Shown piece after piece: positions 26,180 through 34,968 of a stretch of DNA of 52,504 nucleotides (positions are counted from its first letter, which is position 1; the number at the start of each line of letters is the position of its first letter). The stretch covers positions 1 to 52,504 of the forward strand of contig JBDKTD010000088.1 in the NCBI GenBank assembly GCA_039680365.1. The letters are read 5' to 3'. The notes beneath the pieces were generated by a model. It searched no databases and was not told where the DNA came from. It worked only from the letters and a program-made list of their open reading frames with translations. Origin of the DNA: Clostridiaceae bacterium (GTDB taxonomy: Bacteria; Bacillota; Clostridia; Christensenellales; CAG-138). The translations under genes and the position numbers were made by a program.

Positions 26180-27865
26180 ATGGAACGATCTGCAATTTAC
26201 CATGCAAGCGAACAGCCGTATGTCTACGCGGTTGGAAAGGACGCGCTCCGTGTGCGCCTCCGTACCCGCGCGGGCGACTGCGAGCGCGTGCTGGCGCACT
26301 ATAAAAACCTTTACGACCACTCCTCGCCGTTTCAAACCGTGGAGATGAAACCCATTCTGACCGACGGCGTTGTTACGCTCTACGAAGGCGAACTACGGGT
26401 GCCCGAACGGCACTTTAAATATTGGTTTGAACTCGTTTTCCAAGATGAAACGCTCCATTATACGAGCGACGGCTTTTTAGAGAACGTGCAGGAACGCAAC
26501 TGTTTTTACTGTCCCGTCATCAACAGCGACGATATCATTTCTCCGCCCGAATGGGCAAAGGGCGGAATCGTCTACCAGATTTTTGTTGACCGCTTCTATA
26601 ACGGCGAACCGTCCAACGACCCCGCCGGAACCGTTTCGCCCGACGTTCTGCCCCGGCACGGCACGTTTTACGGCGGCGACCTTCAGGGAGCGGCGGAACG
26701 GCTGGAGTACGTAAAAGCCCTCGGCGCGGAGATGGTCTATCTCAGCCCGGTGCTCAAGTCGCCCACCTACCATAAATACGACGTTGCGGACTATTATGCC
26801 GTGGACGACGCTTTGGGTGGAAACCAGGCGCTGACTGCGTTAGTCAAACAAGCGCACCGGCTTGGGCTCAAGGTGATTCTCGACGCGGTGTTCAACCACT
26901 GCAGCGATCAAAACCCGCTGTTTGAGGACGTTCTGGTCAACGGCGCGCGTTCGCCTTACGCCAAGTGGTTCTATCTCGACAGTTTTCCAGTCTCCGCCAA
27001 TCCCTGCAACTACGATACGTTTGCGGGCGCGGTGCCTTCCATGCCGCGGTTCGATACGTCCAATCCGGACGTCATTGAGTACCTGACCAACGCAGCGCTC
27101 CACTGGACAAACCTGCTGGGTCTGGACGGCTGGCGACTGGACGTTGCGGACGAAGTTTCCCATTCCCTCTGGCGCGAACTGCGGCGCAAGCTGAAACAGG
27201 CCAACCCGGACATCCTGATCATCGGCGAAGTCTGGAACCATGCAAGCGCATGGCTCCGGGGCGACGAGTTCGACACGGTAACAGACTACAAGCTCCGAAG
27301 CGCGTTGATTGCGTTTGCCAAGGGGCAAATCGATTCCGGCGCGTTCTGGCGGGCTGCCAGCGCAAACAGAATGCTCTATATGACGCCGCAGTACCCGTTT
27401 TTACTCAGCTTTGCGGGCACGCACGATACGCCCCGCATCCGAACCGAGCTGGGCAGCGACCAGCTGCAAGTCCTAATACTCGCGGCGATTTTAACGATGG
27501 AAGGTATCCCCCTGCTCTACTATGGCGACGAGCTGTGTATGGAAGGCGGCGAGGACCCGGATAACCGCAGAGCCATGCGCTGGGATTTGACCGATTCTCC
27601 GCTCGCCTGCGAAATCCGCGCGCTGGCGAACTTCCGCGCCCAAAGCCCCGCTCTTCGCCACGGTTCCATGGAACCTGTTTTCGCAGGAGAACGCGTACTT
27701 TCGTTTAAGCGTTCCTTTGGGGAAGAATCGTGCGCTGTCGTAATCAACTTTGGCGCGGAGGAAACGAGTTTGAACGGGAAGTACCGCGAGGTTCTTCTTG
27801 GCGAAGCAAAACTAGAAGAAAACGGCGTCCGCGTGCCGGCCATGCGCTACGCCGTCGTGAGATAG
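26180..27865 (+). CDS. GH13 alpha-amylase-family enzyme (neopullulanase / cyclomaltodextrinase-like), cytoplasmic
   Basis: The ORF track starts at 25811, overlapping the permease. The in-frame ATG 26180 with AGGAG at 26171 gives MERSAIYHASEQPYVYAV, the N-domain typical of this subgroup. GH13 regions are DAVFNH, GWRLDVADEV, IIGEVWN and FAGTHDTPR. No signal peptide. Confidence 0.9.
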   Translation: MERSAIYHASEQPYVYAVGKDALRVRLRTRAGDCERVLAHYKNLYDHSSPFQTVEMKPILTDGVVTLYEGELRVPERHFKYWFELVFQDETLHYTSDGFLENVQERNCFYCPVINSDDIISPPEWAKGGIVYQIFVDRFYNGEPSNDPAGTVSPDVLPRHGTFYGGDLQGAAERLEYVKALGAEMVYLSPVLKSPTYHKYDVADYYAVDDALGGNQALTALVKQAHRLGLKVILDAVFNHCSDQNPLFEDVLVNGARSPYAKWFYLDSFPVSANPCNYDTFAGAVPSMPRFDTSNPDVIEYLTNAALHWTNLLGLDGWRLDVADEVSHSLWRELRRKLKQANPDILIIGEVWNHASAWLRGDEFDTVTDYKLRSALIAFAKGQIDSGAFWRAASANRMLYMTPQYPFLLSFAGTHDTPRIRTELGSDQLQVLILAAILTMEGIPLLYYGDELCMEGGEDPDNRRAMRWDLTDSPLACEIRALANFRAQSPALRHGSMEPVFAGERVLSFKRSFGEESCAVVINFGAEETSLNGKYREVLLGEAKLEENGVRVPAMRYAVVR

Positions 27866-27871
27866 CGCTGT

Positions 27872-29134
27872 ATGCGGAATCTGGTAACGATTACAACCTC
27901 CTTTTGCGGGCAAACAGTGCTCCAGCAGCGCGGCGGCTTTGCTCTCCTGGCGTTGGAAGGCGCTGTAGAGCTGGAAGACGAGCGGAACTACCCCGTCATC
28001 CGCGTAATCAACGAGTGCACCGAGGAAACGGAGTTCTACGAACCGCTCGCGTTCGAAAACGGGCGCTGGGCGCACACGCTGCGGCTGCCAACCGGCATGC
28101 ACCGCGTCGAAACGGGCGTGGAGCTGGCACAGGCGGGCTATCACCCCTACTATCTGGGGCACGGGGACATGCTCCGGAGTGTTTTCGTAGGTGAAGTGTT
28201 CGCCATCGCGGGGCAAAGCAACGCCGCTGGCTATGGCAAGGGCGAAGTCTGCGACACCCCGCAGTACGGCGTTTCGGTGTTCGACGCAGGCTGGCGCACC
28301 GCCGCGCACCCGATTGGGCAGACAGTCGCCAGCGCGGCCGACACGGACGCGCTCAACTGCGGCCACAGTGCATGGCTCAGCTTTGGCAAGCAAATTCTGG
28401 AGCAGACCGGCATACCTGTGGGGCTCGTCCCCGCCGCGCTGAACGGCTCCGGTATCCGCAGCTGGCAGCCGGGCGAGCCGCTGTTTGAGAATCTGGTCGC
28501 GCTGGCCAAGCAAACCGGCGCGGCAAACTTGATCTGGTATCAGGGCTGCACGGACACCGACGAGCCGGACGAATATGAAGAGCTTCTCGAGCGTATGCTG
28601 CGCGAGCTGAAAAATCGTTTGAGCGGCGTATCGATTCTCATCGTTCAGCTCAGCGGCACGACGAACGAAAAACGCGACGGACGCGGCTGGCGGCTGGTGC
28701 GGGAAGCGCAGCGGAGAGCCGCCGAGCGCTTTGGCGCACTGCTGATTCCGGCGTACGATCTGACGCGGTACAGCGACGATATCCACCTTGGACCTGCGGA
28801 CAACCTCCTGCTCGGCGCAAGAGCAGCAGCACAATTCCTCCGCCAGACGCCCGCAGGGCAAATGATCGCGCGGCAGGTGGACGGAGCGGTCGAAGTGGTA
28901 TTCGAAGGCGTTCGTCTGCACCCCGGCAAAACGGAAGGCGTTCTGCTTATCGACGAGCAGGGACAAACGGTTCCCTGCAATGTTACAGCGGATGGAAACA
29001 AAATCCTGCTGAGCGGCGAAGGCGTTGACCGAGCGCGGCGCGTCACTCTTGCGTTCGACCGCATCTATACCGGCGTCGCCCCGCGCGACGAAGCGGGGAA
29101 CGTCCTGCCGTACTTTGACATTCCGATTGTATAG
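27872..29134 (+). CDS. SASA/DUF303-type carbohydrate O-acetylesterase-like protein (SGNH fold)
   Basis: 420 aa. The GQSN block FAIAGQSNAAGYG is followed by GHSAWLSFG and a late DDIHL. No signal peptide. The antisense ORF 27812-29170 was rejected. Confidence 0.7.
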   Translation: MRNLVTITTSFCGQTVLQQRGGFALLALEGAVELEDERNYPVIRVINECTEETEFYEPLAFENGRWAHTLRLPTGMHRVETGVELAQAGYHPYYLGHGDMLRSVFVGEVFAIAGQSNAAGYGKGEVCDTPQYGVSVFDAGWRTAAHPIGQTVASAADTDALNCGHSAWLSFGKQILEQTGIPVGLVPAALNGSGIRSWQPGEPLFENLVALAKQTGAANLIWYQGCTDTDEPDEYEELLERMLRELKNRLSGVSILIVQLSGTTNEKRDGRGWRLVREAQRRAAERFGALLIPAYDLTRYSDDIHLGPADNLLLGARAAAQFLRQTPAGQMIARQVDGAVEVVFEGVRLHPGKTEGVLLIDEQGQTVPCNVTADGNKILLSGEGVDRARRVTLAFDRIYTGVAPRDEAGNVLPYFDIPIV

Positions 29135-29160
29135 AACTTGCAAAACTAGGATTTTCATCT

Positions 29161-29372
29161 GTTTCGGCATCTAAATGCGCAACGCGCATTTCAGATAAAA
29201 ATAAAAGACTCATAAAAGACTTTTAAGAATCAAGACTTCCCCAGTTTCGGCATCTAAATGCGCAACGCGCATTTCAGATAAAAATAGAAGACCTATAAAA
29301 GACATTTACGAATCAAAAACTTCCCCAGCTTCGGCGTCTAAATGCGCAACGCGCATTTCAGATAAAAATAAA
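29161..29372 (+). repeat. Three tandem direct repeats (83, 84 and a partial 45 bp), each carrying a 19-bp palindrome
   Basis: Units start at 29161, 29244 and 29328. The first ~42 nt of each is near-identical (GTTTCGGCATCTAAATGCGCAACGCGCATTTCAGATAAAAATA). Palindromes AAATGCGC-AAC-GCGCATTT lie at 29173-29191, 29256-29274 and 29340-29358. The third unit runs into the RBS AAAGGAGG and ATG 29386. Confidence 0.9.
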
Positions 29373-29385
29373 AGGAGGAAACGAT

Positions 29386-30774
29386 ATGAACAAACAGGTT
29401 ATCAAGGCGCTGGCGCTCGTGCTGGCGGCGCTGATGGCACTCTCGATGTTCGCGGGATGCTCCACCACCCCCGCGGCGGCAACTCCCACGGCGGAACCTA
29501 CCTCTTTTAAGGTTGCGTTCGATCTGAACTACGAGGGCGCGGAGAACGCCATCGATGCGCTCACGGTTGACGCGGGCGGCACGGCTGCGGCTCCCGCCGA
29601 CCCCATCCGCACCGGTTTTGCGTTCACCGGCTGGTATACCGACGCTGCCATGACCATGGCGTTCGACTTTACCGCCCCCGTCGGCGCGGATACCACGCTC
29701 TACGCGGGTTGGTCGGAAGCCAAGTATTACCTCGCGGGTAACTTCACGGGCTACGAAGCCGCCATGGACGGCTACGCCATGAAGCCGGTCGCTGGCAAGG
29801 ACGGCTGGTACACCCTGACCGTCGCTCTCACGCCGGAAGTGCGCGATGCGACCTATGACGGGCACTACTACAAAGTCACCAACGGCACCTGGGACGCAAC
29901 CGGATGCTGGGGCGCGGACAACTACGCGCTGCAGCCCGCGCCCGTCTCCCCCACGGGCGGCGGTCTCGGCTCGATCTGGGTCTATAACGACGGCACGCTG
30001 ACGGTGCTCTTTGACTCCGTCAACAAGGTTGTCTATGACGATTCCATGACGCAGGCGTTTGCGACCCCGCGCATCTACGGCGACTTCAACACCGCCATGG
30101 CGCGCGGCACCGACTGGAGCCTTGCCGACGGCGAAGCGCTCGAACTGACCGACGCCAATGCCGACGGCGTGTTCGAAGGCCTCTACAAACTGCCCGCTTA
30201 CACCGGCACGGGCGAAGGCTACTCCATGGTTCTCGCGGTTTCGCAGAAGTACTATATCTACGCGGGCAACGGCGCATGGGGCGCGGCGGAGCAGTACCTT
30301 TTCGACGGCACGGCCGCCGGAATGGGCACGGTAAGCTACCTCAAACCCGACGCGGACACCATCTACGAGTTCAAGTATGACAGCGCAACCCACCTCACCA
30401 CCGCAACGGCCGTAACCAAGGACGAAGTGCAGGCGCTTGCCGGCCCGACTGCATACGGCGATTTCTCGCTCTGGCTCTACGAGGGCGGCTCCTCCGTCCT
30501 GCTCAAGGATGAAGACGGCGACGGCGTGTTTACCGGCACGCTGACCCTGCCCGCCTACACCGGCACGGATCAGGGCTATATGATCGCCATCGCACTCTCC
30601 AAGAAACTCTACGACGACGAATACGGCATCCGCTGGGGCACGGAAGAACAGTATAAGTTCGACGGCACGGCGGCGGGCATGGGCGGCGTCAGCTACCTCA
30701 AACCGGCGGCGGATACGGCCTATACCCTGAGCTACGACAGCGCAACCCATATTACCACCGTCACGGAAGGCTAA
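29386..30774 (+). CDS. Surface lipoprotein with a Listeria-Bacteroides (Flg_new) repeat and duplicated putative glycan-binding modules
   Basis: 462 aa with lipobox MFAGC. Residues 40-110 contain GFAFTGWYTD...TTLYAGW. Residues 228-342 and 354-460 are clear duplicates (YGDF...DGVF.G...LPAYTGT..GY....EQY.FDGTAAGMG.VSYLKP.ADT.Y...YDSATH.TT). Residues 113-215 form a related module (YYLAGNFTGY...YYKVTNGTWD). Confidence 0.8.
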   Translation: MNKQVIKALALVLAALMALSMFAGCSTTPAAATPTAEPTSFKVAFDLNYEGAENAIDALTVDAGGTAAAPADPIRTGFAFTGWYTDAAMTMAFDFTAPVGADTTLYAGWSEAKYYLAGNFTGYEAAMDGYAMKPVAGKDGWYTLTVALTPEVRDATYDGHYYKVTNGTWDATGCWGADNYALQPAPVSPTGGGLGSIWVYNDGTLTVLFDSVNKVVYDDSMTQAFATPRIYGDFNTAMARGTDWSLADGEALELTDANADGVFEGLYKLPAYTGTGEGYSMVLAVSQKYYIYAGNGAWGAAEQYLFDGTAAGMGTVSYLKPDADTIYEFKYDSATHLTTATAVTKDEVQALAGPTAYGDFSLWLYEGGSSVLLKDEDGDGVFTGTLTLPAYTGTDQGYMIAIALSKKLYDDEYGIRWGTEEQYKFDGTAAGMGGVSYLKPAADTAYTLSYDSATHITTVTEG

Positions 30775-30798
30775 AAACCTTCTCAAACCAAATCTGCA

Positions 30799-30826
30799 TG
30801 CCCCCGCTCGTCTGTCGGGCGGGGGC
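30799..30826 (+). terminator. GC-rich stem-loop (weak terminator/attenuator) after the lipoprotein gene
   Basis: GCCCCCGC-11 nt loop-GCGGGGGC followed by AGCGTTT. The U-tract is poor. Confidence 0.3.
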
Positions 30827-30843
30827 AGCGTTTAGGAGCAGAT

Positions 30844-31872
30844 ATGTTCAGAAAACAAGATCGCCAGCCGGATTTTGAGAATCTCCGCCTGGTTCTGGAG
30901 CGAAAGGCTCCGCCGCGCCCCGTACTGTTTGATTTTATCATCGGGGCGGATAAGGAAAAACTGCTCACCGGAGAGCACTACCGCACGGACACGGAGTTCG
31001 AGCGGGTGATCACCACAATCCGCGCGTTCGACAGCGCGGGGTACGACCACGCGCCGATCATCGTGCGCGGTCTGGACTTTAAAAAGAACGCGGCGCATCA
31101 GGAAAAAACAAAGTCGCTCAACGACGGGGCGGCGGTCGCCTCGCGCGAAGATTTTGATCGCTTCGTCTGGCCGGAGATTGCCGACTGCGACTTTTCGATC
31201 ATCGCGCAGGCGGGTGCGTTTGTCCCGAAGGGCATGAAGCTGATTCCGTTTTCCTACGACGGCATTCTGGAAAACACGATCAGCATCCTCGGCTACGAGT
31301 CGCTCTGTTTGATGCTCTACGACGATCCCCGGCTTGTGGAAGATGTGTTTTTTGAAGTCGGCAAGCGCATGCGGCAGTATTACGAGCATTGCCTTGCGTT
31401 CGACGAAGTCGGCGCCATCCTCTGCAACGACGACTGGGGCTTTGGCGCGCAGACCATGGTCTCGCCGGATACGCTGCGCAAGTGCGTCTTTCCCTGGTAC
31501 CGTGAGATCGTCAAAGCGGCGCACGAGCGCGGAAAGCCCGCGCTTCTGCATTCCTGCGGCGCGTACGGCGCGATTTTATGCGACATTACGGATGATATGC
31601 GTTTCGACGGGCGGCATTCCTACGAAGATAAGATCGTCCCCGTGGAGACGGCGTATCCGCTTTTGCATGACCGCATCGCCGTGCTGGGCGGCGTGGACGT
31701 AGATTTTCTTGCGCGTAAAAACCCGGAGGAAGTCTACGCGCGCTGCCGGAATCTACTTGCGCTCTCCAAACAAGAAGGCGGCTACGCGCTCGGCAGCGGC
31801 AACAGTGTGCCGGACTATGTTCCCAACGAGAATTTCATCGCCATGCTGCGCGCGGCAAACGAAGGGTATTAA
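30844..31872 (+). CDS. Uroporphyrinogen decarboxylase (URO-D) family protein of unknown function
   Basis: 342 aa with RBS AGGAG. Typical URO-D-family C-terminal half: ILCNDDWGFGAQTMVSPDTLRKCVFPWYREIVKAAHERGKPALLHSCG...FDGRHSYED...LGGVDVDFL. Confidence 0.75.
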   Translation: MFRKQDRQPDFENLRLVLERKAPPRPVLFDFIIGADKEKLLTGEHYRTDTEFERVITTIRAFDSAGYDHAPIIVRGLDFKKNAAHQEKTKSLNDGAAVASREDFDRFVWPEIADCDFSIIAQAGAFVPKGMKLIPFSYDGILENTISILGYESLCLMLYDDPRLVEDVFFEVGKRMRQYYEHCLAFDEVGAILCNDDWGFGAQTMVSPDTLRKCVFPWYREIVKAAHERGKPALLHSCGAYGAILCDITDDMRFDGRHSYEDKIVPVETAYPLLHDRIAVLGGVDVDFLARKNPEEVYARCRNLLALSKQEGGYALGSGNSVPDYVPNENFIAMLRAANEGY

Positions 31873-32003
31873 TTTAGATACGCACGCTTGCGCTCCTGCC
31901 GCAAAAAGCGCATAAGCGCAGCGCGTCGCGCTCTTCTCTAACGCTCCAGAAGCTCCGCCGCGCGAGCACAGCGCTGGTTAAGAATAACAAACCATAAGTA
32001 TGA

Positions 32004-32055
32004 AAAAGAAAGCATAATTCCCCGTTTCAAACGTTGGAATTGCTTTCTTTTATCT
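32004..32055. terminator. Long AT-rich hairpin terminator downstream of the alpha-glucan locus
   Basis: AAAGAAAGCA(ta)ATTCC-loop-GGAATTGCTTTCTTT followed by TATCTGG. An A-run precedes it, so it may act in both directions. Confidence 0.45.
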
Positions 32056-32316
32056 GGATTTCTGGTATACTAAATTCGTCCGTATGTGCTGTGTACGGAC
32101 GGCGCGATGATGCGGTTTTGGCCGCTCTCGCCAAATTGGCTGCCAAGCAGGCGCCATGACAAAGGGAATGCATCCACGCGGTATACAGAAAGTCTTAAGG
32201 CAGCCACAGCGACGAAAGTTCTTCGTCACCTCGAGCGCTTGCTGCATGCCATCCCATCCATGGATGCATTCTCTTATCGTTTCGCCCTCCCCCGGCTTTG
32301 ACCGTTTTACCCCGTT

Positions 32317-32340
32317 CTGCCGATAACCGGCAGTTTTGTT
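32317..32340 (+). terminator. Plus-strand terminator-like hairpin abutting the GH94 stop codon
   Basis: CTGCCG-ATAAC-CGGCAG followed by TTTTGTT on the plus strand. On the minus strand (GH94) no U-tract follows the hairpin. Confidence 0.35.
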
Positions 32341-32342
32341 CT

Positions 32343-34766
32343 TTACAGCACGACTTCCACGCGGCAGGCGTTCCGTTCCGAACAAAGCGGAATCAAAGAG
32401 CCGTTCATTCTAACGCCGTCGACTAGCATGCCCTTTTCTTCTCCCTCGCTTCCGCGCCGAACGGAGATTTCATACACCGTCTTTCGGAATTCGCGCCGCA
32501 CCGTGTACCCGCCGATGTGATCCGGCAGGCAGGGTTCCACGCGGAGTCCGTCGAACTCCGGCACGATCCCCAATATCCCCTGCGACACGGCGACGAACGC
32601 CCAGGCCGCCGTTCCGGTCAGCCCGCTGTTCTTTGCCGTTCCATACCGCGCGGACTCGCGCCCCGCGATGGTCTGGCAGTAGACGTAAGGCTCCGTACGG
32701 TGCACAAAACTGGATTCTTCCTGATACGCCGGGCACGTCCTGCGGTAGATATCGAACGCCGCGGATCCCATCCTCAGCGCGGTATACGCCAGCGTAACCC
32801 AGTTGTTGTTATGGCAGAAGACAGAACCGTTTTCCTTGTAGCCCGGCGGGTAGCTGCTAATTTCACCCAACTCCGGGCGATACGACGTGTAGCACGGGTG
32901 CAGCAACTCTACGCCGTAGTTTCCCACGAGGTGCTTTTCCACCGACGCGAGCGCTTTTTTGCCGTACGCATCCCCGCCGATGCCCGCCATCGTGCAGAAC
33001 CCCTGCGGCTCGACGAAAATCTGGCCTTCCGCGTTCTCATGGCTCCCGATCTTTTGGGAAAACGCGTCGTATGCGCGTAAAAACCAGTCGCCGTCCCAGC
33101 CGTGCTGCAGCACCGCCCGCTCTATTTGGCCGACGGCGGAAAGGACTTCCGCTTCCTCGTGCGCTTCGCCCTGCCTGCGGCAAAGTTCGGCGTATTCCCG
33201 TCCGTAGCGGACGAACATTGCGGCAATAAAGACGCTCTCCGCCGTGCCGCTTTCGTAGTTCGAGCAGGTTTGAAAGCTCTCGCCCGGAATCGTAGAAAAG
33301 CAGTTCAGGTTCAGGCAGTCGTTCCAGTCCGCGCGTCCAATCAGCGGCAGGCCGTGGGGGCCAAGATGCTCCATCGTATAGCGGACGCTGCGCCGGAGAT
33401 GCTCCATAAGCGGCTTTTCGGTGCCTTCCGCGTTGTCAAACGGCACCGCTTCCAACAGAATGCCGTCGTCTCCCGTTTCGCGGATATAGGCCGCCGCGCA
33501 CGCAACCAGCCAGAGCGGGTCGTCGTTAAATCCGGTGCCGACGTCCGCGTTGCCGCGCTTGGTCAGCGGCTGGTATTGGTGATACGTGCTGCCGTCTTCA
33601 AGCTGCACCGCCGCAAGGTCGAGAATCCGCTCCCGCGCGCGGTCGGGAATCATATGCACAAAGCCTAGTATGTCCTGACAGCTGTCCCGAAAGCCCATTC
33701 CGCGCCCGGTTCCGCTCTCAAAATAGCTCGCGCTGCGGCTGATGTTGAATGTAATCATGCACTGGTACTGGTTCCAAATATTGACCATACGGTCGAGCTT
33801 TTCGTCCCCGCTTGTAAGCGAGAAGCGCGCAAGCAGCTCGTCCCAGTACCCCGCCAGCGCCTTGAGCGCGGCGTCGGCCTGCGCTTCCGTTTGGAACCGC
33901 GCCATCAGCGCGTGCGCTTTTCCCTTATTGAGCACGCCCGGCTCTGCAAATTTTTTCTGCGGTTCGTTTTCGGCATATCCCAGCTGAAAAATCAACGTCG
34001 CACGTTCGCCCGGCGCGAGTTCAACGGCAATTTCGTGCGCGGCAATCGGCGCCCAGCCGCTGGCAATACTCCCGGTGCAAGCGCCGTTTTCAACGGCGAT
34101 CGGCGCGTCCCAGCCCCGGAACTGACCCAGAAAGCTGTCCCGGTCGGTGTCATAACCCGCCGTTTTTGCGTTGACCGCGTAAAACGCGTAATGGCTCCGC
34201 CGTTCGCGGTATTCGGTCTTGTGGTAGACCACGCGGTCTTCCACCTCGACTTCGCCGATGTTGAGGTTGCGCTGAAAGTTCGCCGCGTCGTCCACTGCGT
34301 TCCAGAGGCACCATTCCACCACGCCGAACACGCGGAAACTCCGCCTGCGGGCGGATTGATTCTCCAGCGTCAGCTTATGGATTTCGCAGTCCGCATTCAG
34401 CGGCACAAAACAGGTCAGCTCCGCCGATAAACCGCCCTTTTCGCCCAGAAACCGGCTGTAGCCCAGCCCGTGCCTGCACTCGTAGCGGTCGAGCTCCGCC
34501 TTGGCGGGCAGAAACGAGGGGCTCCAGTACGCGCCATCCTCATAGATATAGTAGCACCTGCCGCCCATGTCGGCGGGCGCGTTCTGGTAGCGGTAGCGCG
34601 TAATGCGCTGCAGCTTTGCGTCCATGTAAAAGCAGTACCCGCCGCAGGTGTTGGAAATCAGCCCGTAAAACCCTTCGCTGCCGAGATAGTTAATCCAGGG
34701 CAGCGGGGTTGCCGGTGTGGTGATCACATACTCTTTGTTTGCGTCGTCGAAATACCCATATTTCAT
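32343..34766 (-). CDS. GH94 cellobiose/cellodextrin phosphorylase
   Basis: 807 aa. The N-terminus MKYGYFDDANKEYVITTPATPLPWINYLG and the internal GRADWNDCLN and NGSVFCHNN motifs are characteristic of cellobiose phosphorylases; the size also fits. Substrate (cellobiose, cellodextrin or chitobiose) is not resolved. Confidence 0.93.
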   Translation of the reverse strand: MKYGYFDDANKEYVITTPATPLPWINYLGSEGFYGLISNTCGGYCFYMDAKLQRITRYRYQNAPADMGGRCYYIYEDGAYWSPSFLPAKAELDRYECRHGLGYSRFLGEKGGLSAELTCFVPLNADCEIHKLTLENQSARRRSFRVFGVVEWCLWNAVDDAANFQRNLNIGEVEVEDRVVYHKTEYRERRSHYAFYAVNAKTAGYDTDRDSFLGQFRGWDAPIAVENGACTGSIASGWAPIAAHEIAVELAPGERATLIFQLGYAENEPQKKFAEPGVLNKGKAHALMARFQTEAQADAALKALAGYWDELLARFSLTSGDEKLDRMVNIWNQYQCMITFNISRSASYFESGTGRGMGFRDSCQDILGFVHMIPDRARERILDLAAVQLEDGSTYHQYQPLTKRGNADVGTGFNDDPLWLVACAAAYIRETGDDGILLEAVPFDNAEGTEKPLMEHLRRSVRYTMEHLGPHGLPLIGRADWNDCLNLNCFSTIPGESFQTCSNYESGTAESVFIAAMFVRYGREYAELCRRQGEAHEEAEVLSAVGQIERAVLQHGWDGDWFLRAYDAFSQKIGSHENAEGQIFVEPQGFCTMAGIGGDAYGKKALASVEKHLVGNYGVELLHPCYTSYRPELGEISSYPPGYKENGSVFCHNNNWVTLAYTALRMGSAAFDIYRRTCPAYQEESSFVHRTEPYVYCQTIAGRESARYGTAKNSGLTGTAAWAFVAVSQGILGIVPEFDGLRVEPCLPDHIGGYTVRREFRKTVYEISVRRGSEGEEKGMLVDGVRMNGSLIPLCSERNACRVEVVL

Positions 34767-34811
34767 GACAGGAACCTCGGAAATTGATTTATTCGATGAG
34801 AAGCATATACG

Positions 34812-34821
34812 TAATCGTTTA
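34812..34821. promoter_or_regulatory. Candidate LacI-family operator half-palindrome TAATCGTTTA downstream of the GH94 promoter
   Basis: A 10-mer with central CG and 4/5 symmetric pairs. It is the exact reverse complement of the site at 35008-35017. Related AACGATT cores lie at 34845-34851 and 35067-35073. Confidence 0.4.
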
Positions 34822-34835
34822 AGCTTGCGCTCAAT

Positions 34836-34864
34836 ATGATATACGAACGATTCCGGAAATGCAA
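34836..34864 (-). promoter_or_regulatory. Candidate promoter for the GH94 gene
   Basis: Minus strand: TTGCAT (34864-34859), 17 nt spacer, TATCAT (34841-34836). Confidence 0.4.
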
Positions 34865-34968
34865 AGGATTTTTTTACAAATTGTATTAAAAGTGTCTTTT
34901 TACGGTTCCGGCACCACGATTTTCAGCAATAATGCGCCTGTTTTCGACAAGTGCGAATAATTTTGTGC

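Noticed and set aside
29161-29372. Possible CRISPR array (about 42-nt conserved segment alternating with about 41-nt variable segment)
   Set aside because: There are only three units. The 'spacer' segments are homologous to each other (the same sequence with point changes). No cas genes are present and the last unit runs into an RBS and start codon. It is a tandem duplication of a regulatory region, not a CRISPR.
32050-32385. Small ORFs 32086-32301 (+, 71 aa) and 32050-32385 (-, 111 aa) in the gap after the alpha-glucan locus
   Set aside because: Neither has an RBS and both have poor composition. The minus-strand ORF overlaps the 3' end of the GH94 gene. The region is better described as non-coding and structured.
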